A stretch of DNA of 64,000 nt from Amphiscolops sp. MND2022 (taxonomy: Eukaryota): positions 98,706,001 through 98,770,000 of the forward strand of contig OZ076409.1 in NCBI GenBank assembly GCA_964187785.1, written 5' to 3'. Of this stretch, positions 60,101-64,000 are shown piece after piece (within the stretch, counting starts at the first letter, position 1; the number at the start of each line of letters is the position of its first letter). A model generated the notes under the pieces. That model saw nothing but the letters and a program-made list of their open reading frames with translations. It had not been told where the DNA came from and ran no database searches. A program made the position numbers and the translations under genes.

Positions 60101-61083
60101 GTTCGCTCTGAAGAAAATGTTTTTCCCATTTTTTCATAAGCCACTTTAATCTAGAAACCCCAGAACGTAACGCATTATCCACAATTAGTAAAAGCCCACG
60201 CTGATTCGTAATGATTTCATGCGGTAAACTAGTAGAGCATAACCGTAGCTATGAACGTACGTTCAATCTAATTTCTTGAAGCAACCGCCTACGATATTGG
60301 TTTCTAAATTTAAAAATCCAATCCAATTTTTTTTGAAATTCATTTGATAAATTGAATCTTTCTTCTGATTAGTTCTGTAATTTTGATGGTTGTTCCGCAA
60401 AAGTTCAACTTCTTTTTTAGCAGATAAATATTAGTTTGAGATGGCTGAAGGATAATCGATTCTTTTGTGAGATCTAGATAAGCTTAAGAAAGGTGCATTT
60501 GTTATCAACAAAATATTGATAATAAACGGTTTTTTTTACAAGATTGTTTCAAAAAAGTAAGTAAAGTCGTTTCCCAAACTTTCAATATCATACATTGTAA
60601 TTGGTTTGTTGACGCATGAATCTTGAAAAGTTGTTTTTATCAGTAACTCGTATAACAATTCGCTATAGAGCCCGAAACAAAATGTCAAAAAAAACAAAAT
60701 TAATTCAGTTTGAGGGACTTTTAATCAAAAATTGCGTCTCGCGTCTCAACCAGTTTAATTTGTCGAAGTTCATATTTTCAAATGGTTGCGACGCAATTTT
60801 TAGAATGTTTTGCATGTTTTTTTTTTCATGTTTTGCATGTTTTCGCATGTTTTTTGCATGTTTTTGCATGTTTTTGCATGTTTTTTGCATGTTTTTTGCA
60901 TGTTTTTGCATGTTTGTGCGTGCTGTGCGATGGTGCCGCTTTGACTTACTGTGTGTGTCGAAGTGGAAAGTTTTGGAGATGCAGGCATATGTCGACATAG
61001 GCAGCACGAAGATGACCATTGTCATGTCGATAATGGACTGGTTGATAAACAGAATGTTCTGTGGGGTTCGAAGATTGCGATTT
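5922..61083 (-). CDS. Opsin (class A GPCR, rhabdomeric/melanopsin-like), partial: TM1 exon lies beyond 64000 and the last exon is uncertain
   Basis: Five exons join with matching phases: NLRTPQN..D (TM2), C110..AYDRY (TM3), YILNG-FRTSCSFDY (ECL2), CYTRIF (TM5), ELKLAK..AWMPYA (TM6), PAFLAK-TNCICNPFVY-SLHHPS (TM7 with K296, NPxxY, HP motif). Confidence 0.92.
7988..8366. mobile_element. Mutator-like MITE, 379 bp
   Basis: Perfect 9-bp TSD GCTTGTTAT (7979-7987, 8367-8375); TIRs GGTGCCTATTCAATTCGTCGAACATTCAA / GGGGACTGTTCAATTCGTCGAACATTCAA; internal core shared with about 56487-56636. Confidence 0.85.
8700..9132 (-). mobile_element. Helentron-associated (DINE-1/HINE-like) non-autonomous element
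   Basis: On minus strand: 5' TTTTAGTCGGCGC with a nearby inverted copy; 3' GCGCCGACT plus short hairpin ending CTTGT in a T run. Family recurs across the window. Confidence 0.6.
10325..10790 (+). mobile_element. ~465-bp insertion in the 5' LTR, probably a second Helentron-like family
   Basis: Absent from the 3' LTR; duplicated 5' block TTTTCCGACCCCATATTTTACAAATAGGGGA, central CTACTCACTCTCC microsatellite, ends CTTGTT in a T run. Confidence 0.5.
10936..14922 (+). pseudogene. Disrupted gag-pol of the decayed Gypsy
   Basis: Domains split over many short ORFs by stops, frameshifts and deletions; the RT catalytic xxDD segment is missing near 12820. Confidence 0.88.
16300..16500 (+). promoter_or_regulatory. 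LTR Pol II promoter
   Basis: TGACGTCA (CRE) at 16300 and 16386, CCAAT at 16414, ATTGG at 16439, TATAAAAG at 16466; repeated in the 3' LTR. Confidence 0.7.
16733..17142 (+). repeat. 86-88-bp tandem repeat (4 copies plus 1 diverged) inside the LTR
   Basis: Units start with TTGACAA at 16733, 16819, 16907, 16993 and 17080; mirrored at about 33696-34105. Confidence 0.92.
18143..18265 (+). CDS. 40-aa hydrophobic micro-ORF upstream of gag
   Basis: Manual translation MITLEDPDYSLIWFLIFYHLVTIFITLVVKLTIWTISTHL*; paralogous to the next ORF. Confidence 0.55.
   Translation: MITLEDPDYSLIWFLIFYHLVTIFITLVVKLTIWTISTHL
18280..18432 (+). CDS. 50-aa hydrophobic micro-ORF upstream of gag
   Basis: Manual translation MITVITPEDPDYLLIAGIFLVFITLVTCLCALTFNFAIENSIAEYYSSTP*. 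Confidence 0.55.
   Translation: MITVITPEDPDYLLIAGIFLVFITLVTCLCALTFNFAIENSIAEYYSSTP
18482..19747 (+). CDS. gag: Gag
   Basis: 421 aa; KFSG..D, LRGPAAEWY, CCHC knuckle CHYCRRNGHTLQYC, N/Q-rich tail. Confidence 0.93.
   Translation: MAQNAVSFPDLALDKFSGNDPDQDVKSFLLTVENKIDFSLGSPPNAADDAARYLFRKKALFSSLLRGPAAEWYEVFNVGNPLPTWIQVRTAFITRFSDDRDKYRHRITAENCVRGKEELVKNFYHRVKQAVDKGWPIDAAANQNERDAQQNLRNQKYIDFTIRGLTPSGLKRKAHEYLIEHPNTTWDNFKDHVANKDLIYSVSSEFVPNTTNEQNSKLDSLEKQVRELSTLLKEQQVNALNQANTRTNDVNNKSRQNATRFCHYCRRNGHTLQYCRTKAFDDERKRQYNRENQQKKPTFTNDYNKRKGPNFGSHNYHNSNSQHNSNSSQRFGNIYSQPYNRNQNFSNQNHNNQSNSNQGQNQRTGQNNYNFPARQNNNSNTQYNRNFPQNNSNALSNNVQFIDDDSQEMINSISNYFALNY
19735..19825 (+). promoter_or_regulatory. Programmed -1 frameshift signal
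   Basis: T TTA AAC at 19735-19741 in the gag frame; pol is in the -1 frame and open from here; GGTCTCCG (19748) can pair with CGGAGACT (19818). Confidence 0.75.
19735..25248 (+). CDS. pol: Pol: protease - macrodomain - RT - RNase H - integrase - GPF tail, with one in-frame TAA at 24592
   Basis: MVDTGA, YLDD, VDSS/CDHKP, HHCC and DDE motifs; after the TAA the same frame continues KLKQLRVGPFTV...HRNHLIEY to 25248. Confidence 0.93.
25337..25922 (-). CDS. Antisense accessory gene of unknown function, either 183 aa unspliced (to 25371) or two exons (25922-25689 + 25597-25337)
   Basis: ATG-initiated ORF; internal CAA|GTAAGA donor and phase-matched CAG acceptors lead into a second open frame. Confidence 0.5.
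26859..27074 (+). CDS. Small accessory ORF, 71 aa
   Basis: ATG start; its stop abuts the next ATG (TAAATG). Confidence 0.5.
   Translation: MYIKINNDFYRIVRQDFRNLTFHVSLQHHQTKQKRIITVPPTSIYWDYFHHIFLFFGNAPTDAFLNADNSI
27075..27395 (+). CDS. Accessory ORF, paralog A (106 aa)
   Basis: Clear protein similarity to 27431-27751 (IEExxFNC, ITTPSG, KLxWS, QLHxLGELxDT). Confidence 0.75.
   Translation: MDIIFDAGEIEEIEFNCPWRITTPSGNSENFIITKLRWSLFSPCFTSITLHPSSNKNKITTFEIAEHSSLEAQLGKAIDEYLLNPEQHVEQYQLHALGELTDTINP
27431..27751 (+). CDS. Accessory ORF, paralog B (106 aa)
   Basis: Same length and motifs as paralog A. Confidence 0.75.
   Translation: MNFHLNNEVIEEVNFNCLFKITTPSGITENFNIIKLKWSFIRPSFILITIHPVDDKSKVSTLDIANNRFLREQLSEALDNYAEEPESHITPFQLHILGELADTTAA
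27891..28289 (+). pseudogene. Accessory ORF, divergent paralog C with an internal TAA at 28032
   Basis: Manual translation: IETVKLKLPVSI..LQWSYRY*..LAIALSVYIDSPETNIQPFDLPLLEELS aligns with LSEALDNYAEEPESHITPFQLHILGELA of paralog B. Confidence 0.6.
28378..29098 (+). ncRNA. Five tandem copies of an unidentified structured motif with compensatory substitutions
   Basis: Copies start at 28378, 28523, 28640, 28830 and 28977; stems vary in sequence but keep pairing while linkers ATAAATAACTC and AAG are invariant. Functional strand is assumed. Confidence 0.65.
29375..31516 (+). CDS. env: Envelope glycoprotein, chuvirus-G / gB-like (class III fusogen inferred)
   Basis: Signal-like N-terminus, YDCS...SLNQVKPC, C...YCGMHDH motif, Cys-rich ectodomain, C-terminal TM (GIWFAVFLFIKLIIDVTVTIV). 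The ORF opens right after a splice-acceptor-like TTTTCATTAG. Confidence 0.82.
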   Translation: MILDSEKIYCKYFVIFILMLSINLIYADKKQPILDDIAPTVTVSHYDCSEMSENNLYSLNQVKPCNVAPENIDMSHAKVKMYTKHFRTEINATICSVKHQRNRFYCGMHDHSSIDIKQKTITSYLDLSPAQCRLAAEGSPITLLNHQITMKKGVIEQHLRWNGDADDTFKNECDGFEWIEKDTFETHIQDITLNVKLRDGTIMNRNGQPLPCKLDELGCDSTSLDPYAYIWDNPDNCILTVLKEEYVNMIKNDDQYYIVSKNDSENKYLFEIKNRPQKLCNKPSDVYPTTYESLFVAILYGGFDMRTGRNMIQQEDKVHKMHYSPNDQERDDPGHSKLWVASNYQSDPYYGTWLNMDYELQQGTKLDYLFFESSRALKASELHLLKNQCEQERSHILTILMLSLENSRLAGYMLTGNRSMFLETDGSLAWLYSCPLVRSPLHTMNECYDKIPIFYKGQIKFVDPITRQTLPDAMPQNCSDHIKNLFQMDMDDKNSWFSLTPQITHRDRPAIFSPKDVAPFTRDQFPQSINAGMYTKGQLTEFWDNILMSSASKNALQKFTRKLIVPSHSKKGPEGYTYYAPKMDFFVDNMISPGYFESKFRQTFGTIGYWLEKCGIWFAVFLFIKLIIDVTVTIVRAFEIHRLTGASVGFRKILLSATYNLFMVSIFHSMFNPSTKDIPMTTFSTDNQDASEHIYPVINRLPATNRLDTISPI
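31543..32004 (+). CDS. Accessory ORF, 153 aa, unknown function
   Basis: ATG ORF packed between env and the TRAF ORF; basic patch KKKK. Confidence 0.55.
   Translation: MTDHTSLSSDLELLLSKETLTEKDILDFPMFDITSAESPIPQQPLNETLLEGTITPPNRPNTFIFNGSIKKKKTQFSLRQALEKQKKSEEAAQKYSKTGNPRFHYNLNYTLREDVNQWKIIFWDSRRQEFTIENTVLKNQRLSVPLRAISAFI
32012..32989 (+). CDS. TRAF-like protein: coiled coil plus TRAF-C/MATH domain, no RING or zinc fingers
   Basis: LIWRISSF, FHSPPFYTSTHGYRF, LYPYG, GEFDPILSWPF, FILNDTMFIEV are diagnostic TRAF-C motifs. Confidence 0.9.
   Translation: MKKQLIQEFNLRLAAMENEIITLQNQIENLSQPTCTDNDLAQMKMLVSKFPLSNLKNAQYLHATQLQVANLFERLEHEKSLRRQQDETIQQLQIVIRDLQKKVITPTVEQPVNTPLLTPSSTEPESTDTQRRLAELKPLKRLTMDLYDRIHSIDCGRDKKLIWRISSFSLMFDNAKAAELERQKGIDPHPKIPCNFHSPPFYTSTHGYRFDMKLYPYGCSPATGESASLVINILPGEFDPILSWPFRLIFRINVINLSEPNDTWTKIVDPKDNQNSACFIRPCTSYGNPSICFPFLIPHNQLLKSSSPFILNDTMFIEVNLEESK
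33052..35073 (+). repeat. 3' LTR (2022 bp)
   Basis: Direct repeat of the 5' LTR, followed by TSD ATAA. Confidence 0.97.
37576..37942 (-). mobile_element. Helentron-associated (HINE-like) element, same family as 8700-9132
   Basis: GCCGGGAACGGCCCAAGTCGGCGCC ... GCACCGACTAAAA termini. Confidence 0.6.
38763..38895 (-). CDS. Opsin exon, intracellular loop 3 (T/N-rich)
   Basis: Acceptor CCCAG|G (phase 2), donor CAG|GTGGGT (phase 0); bridges the neighbouring exons in frame. Confidence 0.75.
38903..39398. mobile_element. hAT-like MITE (496 bp) forming essentially a whole opsin intron
   Basis: TIR YAAGGGTGTTAAAA at both ends; 8-bp TSD CCTGGGCA (38895-38902) / CCTGGGTA (39399-39406). Confidence 0.85.
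39400..39559 (-). CDS. Opsin exon, ECL2-TM5
   Basis: Acceptor CTCTTTCAG|GT (phase 1); GFRTSCSFDY...FAFLLPVTIIFYCYTRIFLFVRQGVLPR. Confidence 0.9.
42405..44138 (+). mobile_element. Three adjacent HINE-like copies (about 42405-42749, 42816-43457, 43496-44138)
   Basis: Each begins TTTAGTCGG(C/T)GC and ends GGCGCCxACTTG...-hairpin. Confidence 0.55.
44521..44591 (-). other. tRNA-like segment with Pol III A and B boxes in the BEL LTR (second copy 52773-52843)
   Basis: Minus strand GCCGCCA-TGGCCTAGCGG...CTGTCAA...GGTTCGATCCC-CGCGTGGGGCT. Confidence 0.55.
44643..48488 (-). CDS. pol: BEL/Pao pol (protease end, RT, Pao RNase H, integrase)
   Basis: YLPHHPV, ADIEAMFLQV, YMDD, ELHVFGDSS, NPADAGTRG, GVDYFGP, SDNGTNF, WERLV. 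Confidence 0.95.
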   Translation of the reverse strand: MTRNLADKLKVRGHPITVTVNGINSQVTVNSETVDLELPSLSGEDNEIYHLTPYVKQSINVGHDFIDIPALQKEYPHLAPLNSEAYNYADVELVLGQDAFAAIHPLEYFETDSKNSPIAVRLPLGWVVSGPLPSTTCMISTCFKANVETGNLTEQVRAWYDLESFGAFKQVDPLSSSDERASKILEETTFHDGERYQVGMLWATDEPLPDNYFAALVQLKSLEKRLEKDPELKARYQKTIDDDLAHGYIVEVPAYNATNRSSREWYLPHHPVVNPHKPEKVRRVLNGAAKCHKQSLNSALLTGPDLLQNLLHVLIRFREFRFAVSADIEAMFLQVGVLPSDQPSLRFLWREAPTNKIVVFQYTRHIFGSKDSPTCANYALRRTATDNESTYPDAALAVKEKFYMDDYLDSMETSEEVLTRSQALIELLNKGGFKLTKFVSNIQKIAGKLNENTESCQIQDEAKRFSDTLGNSSHVLGLKWNHATDTLIVSRGTDRTVQTPLTQRSVLSLVASVFDPIGLVAPFTVKARLILKEIWRLSGQEWDNELPNEIAERITEWTLDLPRLLNITIPRSFFPTTVDKIELHVFGDSSQEAFSAVAFLRGHSLELSGNTTHLAFVIGKARVAPMKTLTVPKLELQAAFLAARLSNEVHQALTRPLEKTYLWTDSTTVLQWLNSLEKQPIFIANRVSEILDLTTVDQWNYIGTTDNPADAGTRGLSAEALKVSSWFTGPEFLRTPDFPFQVDDTVLQSIKKKNVELQLFVSITSNQQQTQVVFDWTKYSSFSKIVRITAYILRLLPRNRHFRSGDLKITDSIEITFAEEKLLLLSQRESFRDELKCLFKEKSIANTSRIRSFSPFVGPRGLLRSTGRTKRLDAIEFDTMHPIILDGLHPVVPLMLENLHKCHHHQGLDFMRSQVQQRFAVLRLRQMLRKVETECLVCRKRKAQTLTPMMADLPKERLAFQSPPFTMTGVDYFGPFFVKVRRSSEKRWAFLLTCLTTRAVHLEIVSSLDTSACVMGIERFIARRGTPSVIWSDNGTNFLGAEKELRTCIQCWNQQAPSIMVHKKLTWKFNPPGSPHQGGSWERLVRSCKRVFYAILGNRELTEDVLLTTFCLVEQTLNARPLTPVSSDPNEFDALCPNHFLLGRPSSSLPSINPAVNDFDHRKRFARAQAYANAIWSRWIKEYVPLLNQRGKWHSDSDRHLKARDLVWIIDPTAPRGFYPTARVESLNYGSDGIAWSANLRTKHSLYTRPLVKIVPLFEPSFSGAEDVDNQCLSTIESGQI
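48489..51005 (-). pseudogene. gag: BEL/Pao gag and gag-pol junction with frameshifts
   Basis: 750-aa ORF with YDGNPLQ..WF..F and KLTYLK; the Cys/His boxes and protease DTA motif fall in other frames (48500-48960). Confidence 0.8.
51460..52152 (-). CDS. Extra ORF between PBS and gag of the BEL element; possible degenerate SGNH-fold protein with a basic tail
   Basis: Open frame of about 230 codons; the in-frame ATG at 52152 is immediately followed by TAA, so the start is damaged or supplied by splicing. Confidence 0.5.
53063..53766 (+). mobile_element. HINE-like element with duplicated 5' end and an internal 16-bp tandem repeat (ACTGCCACACTACTTC, about 53235-53370)
   Basis: TTTTAGTCGGCGC twice; 3' GCGCCGACTTGGGCCGTTCCCGGCTTGTT. 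Confidence 0.65.
55414..55945 (-). mobile_element. HINE-like element
   Basis: Same termini as the other family copies. Confidence 0.6.
56030..56989. mobile_element. Foldback element with ~190-bp inverted arms, containing a nested Mutator-like MITE (about 56361-56800)
   Basis: 56030-56218 is an imperfect reverse complement of 56803-56989; the nested part shares its core with 7988-8366. Confidence 0.7.
57004..57228 (-). CDS. Opsin exon, TM3-TM4
   Basis: Acceptor TTGCAG|GC, donor G|GTTAGA (both phase 1); CTYSGTAASFAGIGSIISMTTIAYDRY...FVWCYS...YILN. Confidence 0.92.
57250..57518. repeat. 30-bp minisatellite (TATGCATCTTGCAAAATTCTGCCATTTTTG), about 9 copies
   Basis: Directly visible, about 20 bp from the exon acceptor. 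Confidence 0.95.
58361..59241. mobile_element. CACTA/CMC-like MITE with CCCGGG termini
   Basis: 12-bp TIR CCCGGGTTTCCC / GGGAAACCCGGG, flanked by TT on both sides, with subterminal repeats (TATGATTCCAGGCTGATCATACTCTG) in both orientations. Confidence 0.75.
60805..60916. repeat. TTTTTGCATG microsatellite
   Basis: About 11 copies just inside the intron after the donor at 60949. Confidence 0.9.
60950..61083 (-). CDS. Opsin exon, ICL1-TM2-ECL1
   Basis: Acceptor ATTTCAG|A (phase 2), donor A|GTAAGT (phase 1); NRNLRTPQNILFINQSIIDMTMVIFVLPMSTY. Confidence 0.9.
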
Positions 61084-61289
61084 CTGAAATGACACAAAAT
61101 CGATGTTTCTTACATCTTCTGACAGGCGACTCTTGGAAGATCTAGATAAGTTTAAGAAGGATGCATTTGTAGTATAGTTCGCAATAATAGCTTGATTTTT
61201 TGCAAGATTGTTCAAGAAAAGAGAAAGATTTTTTAAGAAATTACGTTTTTTCGATCAGAAATTGAGTTTTTCAAGATATTTTGTGTCGT

Positions 61290-64000
61290 TTTCGTAAAAT
61301 GTTTTAAACTTCAAAAATTTAGCTAGAATTCGTTTACAATTTAACGTCACAATTCAGTGCAACATATAATGCAATAGTCATAGTATATATTAAAATGCAA
61401 TACTTTGTAATCTTTCCTCCACTTACAAGGCTTCAATTCAACAATAAAAACAATAAACAAAAGAGACAAGATTAGACATGCACAGCAACAAAAAGTTCAC
61501 ACAGAAACGCGATATCAACCCAATGTTTAGAATAGTTTTGTTCCAAGTTCGAATATTCACTTTGCTAAATTTTGTCTCGGTTCTCAGGCTGAATTTTTTA
61601 GTTTTGTTATTGTTAGGACATATTGAAAAGAATGTGATAACCAAAGTGTGGAATGCAGAAACCAAACTACCATATTACATAACCGCCACATCGGACAGAG
61701 AGTTGTTTAGAACTTTATTTACAAACAAACTCTAATTGTTTCTGTCCCATTTATGTTGATAGCTTTATAGATCATACATTTGATTGAGAATACTTTAGAA
61801 CGGTTGCTAAAACACTTACTCCTCGCAATCTGTTTTTAACTGAGATGTTAGATCTTAACATGGCGCAGTAAGCAAGATTTTACCTTTTTACCCCATAAAA
61901 CACCATTTCTTAACCCTATCAACAAAATGACCACAACAACAAAGATACAACTACCGTACCTAGAGGATACTGGTCTCGATGGAAAGAAAATATACACACC
62001 AAGAGAATGGACCGAACGATTCCGGCATTACGTAAAAAGAATCCACAACATCGACATCAAACAAATATTGACGGATGACACGGTACCTACCGACGAAAAT
62101 TGGAACACAAAAGAACCAGAAATCAGGCAGGATTTTATCTGGAGCGCCGGACCGTCGGCTATCGAGATTATCACCAAAGGGGAATTCAATACAGACCCCG
62201 ATACGATCAAAACCGAAAAGTTAATACAACTATTCCGGGAACACTATATGCCCAAAAGAAACACATACCACAGCCGTGGAGACTTCTTCTGGGCAAAACA
62301 AGAAGAAAACGAAACACCCGAAGAGCACTGGAAAAAACTAGTAACACTGGAGAAAAACTGTGATTTCAAGAACATAAAGCAAGAAGATATCCTCATATCA
62401 AAATTTATCACAAGTATAACCGACAAAAAACTTCGAGAAAAACTCATCCGTGAAAAAACATTAGACTTGAAAACAACCATAGAACTCATTACCCAAAACA
62501 GCTACGACCGCCGAAACAAACAATCCACCATACCACCCGCCTTGGTGAAGGACAAAGAAATTAAACAAGAGCCCATACAAAGAATACAAACAAAACAATA
62601 CCGTAACCAACCGAAGAAAAACAACTGCGGATTCTGCGGACAGCAAAATTGGACACCACAACACAACTGCCCGGCAAAAATGACAAAATGCAATAATTGC
62701 CAGAAAATAGGACATTTTGCACGAGTATGCCGCGGAAAACCGAACAACAACACAAGAAAAATCAACTACCTGGAAAACATAACATCAGAAGAAGACGATG
62801 AAGAAAGTGGACCCGAAGAAATACACCAAATCACACAGATAAACAAAATAATACCGGACAACAACGACCATTACGGAGTAGAAATAAAAATAAACGGGCG
62901 AAAACAAAAATTTATCATCGACACCGGCTCTCCGGTTAGCATCATGCCAAACGACAAAACCCTATACAAACCAGAAGATATCCAACCGCTGAAGGAAAGA
63001 TATCAAGACGTAAACAAGAACGAAATAAAATTCCTAGGGAAAGTATGGGTAAATATCGAATACAACAACACACAAACCAACCTACCACTCCTGATCACAA
63101 AAAGAACCGACATAACACCATTATTAGGTGTAAATTGGCTGAAACAATTACCAATCACTATCAACGGCATCTCATTGAACAAAGAAACCAACCAATCAGA
63201 AGCAGCGATACATACAAAATTCAGAAAGCTGTTTGAAACGAACCACACAATCAAGAATACCGAAGTGAAAATACAAATCAAACCGGGGTGCTACCCAATA
63301 CAGCAGAAAGCACGACCAATACCCTACCACCTACAAGACGATGTAAAAAACGAACTGAACCGACTAATAAAATCCGGACATCTAGAAAGATTGGAAACAA
63401 TCGAAGAAGACTGCTTCGTATCCCCCGTAGTAATTACGGTAAAAAAAGACAAAACGGTCAAAATCGCACTTGACGCCCGCAAACTAAACGAAAGTTGTAT
63501 TAAAAAGAGACCACACATGCCAAACATGGACGAACTAATCAACCAAATCTCATCTGAGTTATCAAAGAATGAATCAGACCCAATCTGGATATCAGTAATA
63601 GATTTGGACTACGCCTACGGACAAATGAGATTAGCACCGGAAACAAGCAAACACTGCAACTTCGCGAACACGGGCGAGAAAATAAACGGATATTACCGAT
63701 TCCTAAAGGGATTTTACGGACCAGCCGACATACCAACAATCTTCCAAGAAAAAATAGACCGAACACTCGGCCACCAAATACCCGTGTGGTTGGACGATAT
63801 AATTATCGCAACACGCGGTACAAAAGAACAACACACACAAAAACTGGAATCAGTCCTAACGAAATTGGAAAATGAAGGATACAGAGCCAGCAAAAAGAAG
63901 TCAAAATTTTATCAAAAAGAAACCGTATGGTTGGGACATACCATATCACAAGACGGAATCAGACCGAACAAAGAGAAAACGGATGCCATCAACAATTTGG
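61290..64000 (+). mobile_element. 5' part of a Gypsy (Mag-like) element; LTR start approximate
   Basis: LTR end ...TTAACA (61860), PBS TGGCGCAGTAAGC at 61861, followed by gag-pol. Confidence 0.85.
61927..64000 (+). CDS. Gag-pol polyprotein running off the window (absent from the ORF track, consistent with no stop before the end)
   Basis: One frame carries MTTTTKIQLPYL, CNNCQKIGHFARVC, FIIDTGS and WLDD. Confidence 0.88.
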   Translation, partial: MTTTTKIQLPYLEDTGLDGKKIYTPREWTERFRHYVKRIHNIDIKQILTDDTVPTDENWNTKEPEIRQDFIWSAGPSAIEIITKGEFNTDPDTIKTEKLIQLFREHYMPKRNTYHSRGDFFWAKQEENETPEEHWKKLVTLEKNCDFKNIKQEDILISKFITSITDKKLREKLIREKTLDLKTTIELITQNSYDRRNKQSTIPPALVKDKEIKQEPIQRIQTKQYRNQPKKNNCGFCGQQNWTPQHNCPAKMTKCNNCQKIGHFARVCRGKPNNNTRKINYLENITSEEDDEESGPEEIHQITQINKIIPDNNDHYGVEIKINGRKQKFIIDTGSPVSIMPNDKTLYKPEDIQPLKERYQDVNKNEIKFLGKVWVNIEYNNTQTNLPLLITKRTDITPLLGVNWLKQLPITINGISLNKETNQSEAAIHTKFRKLFETNHTIKNTEVKIQIKPGCYPIQQKARPIPYHLQDDVKNELNRLIKSGHLERLETIEEDCFVSPVVITVKKDKTVKIALDARKLNESCIKKRPHMPNMDELINQISSELSKNESDPIWISVIDLDYAYGQMRLAPETSKHCNFANTGEKINGYYRFLKGFYGPADIPTIFQEKIDRTLGHQIPVWLDDIIIATRGTKEQHTQKLESVLTKLENEGYRASKKKSKFYQKETVWLGHTISQDGIRPNKEKTDAINNL

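Overview
AT-rich, repeat-dense animal genomic DNA (invertebrate inferred; not prokaryotic). The only host gene I can support is a minus-strand opsin. Five exons (61083-60950, 57228-57004, 39559-39400, 38895-38763, 6130-5922) splice in consistent phase and give TM2-TM7 with the retinal-binding Lys. Its introns and 3' side hold a decayed Gypsy (10279-15268), a young 19-kb Gypsy (16088-35073), a BEL/Pao (44201-52940), the start of another Gypsy (~61300 to window end), the right end of a CACTA/CMC-type transposon (1-4453), several MITEs and many Helentron-like elements. The most notable object is the 19-kb virus-like Gypsy. It has near-identical 2-kb LTRs, two paralogous membrane micro-ORFs before gag, a UUUAAAC -1 frameshift and a TARG1-type macrodomain inside pol. 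It also carries an antisense gene, a cassette of small paralogous ORFs, five copies of a covarying structured-RNA motif, a chuvirus/gB-like envelope gene and a RING-less TRAF gene. Separately, one opsin intron is exactly a hAT-like MITE plus one copy of its 8-bp target duplication, and the opsin lacks an acid at the four classic counterion sites. All family assignments come from motifs recognised by eye; no searches were run.
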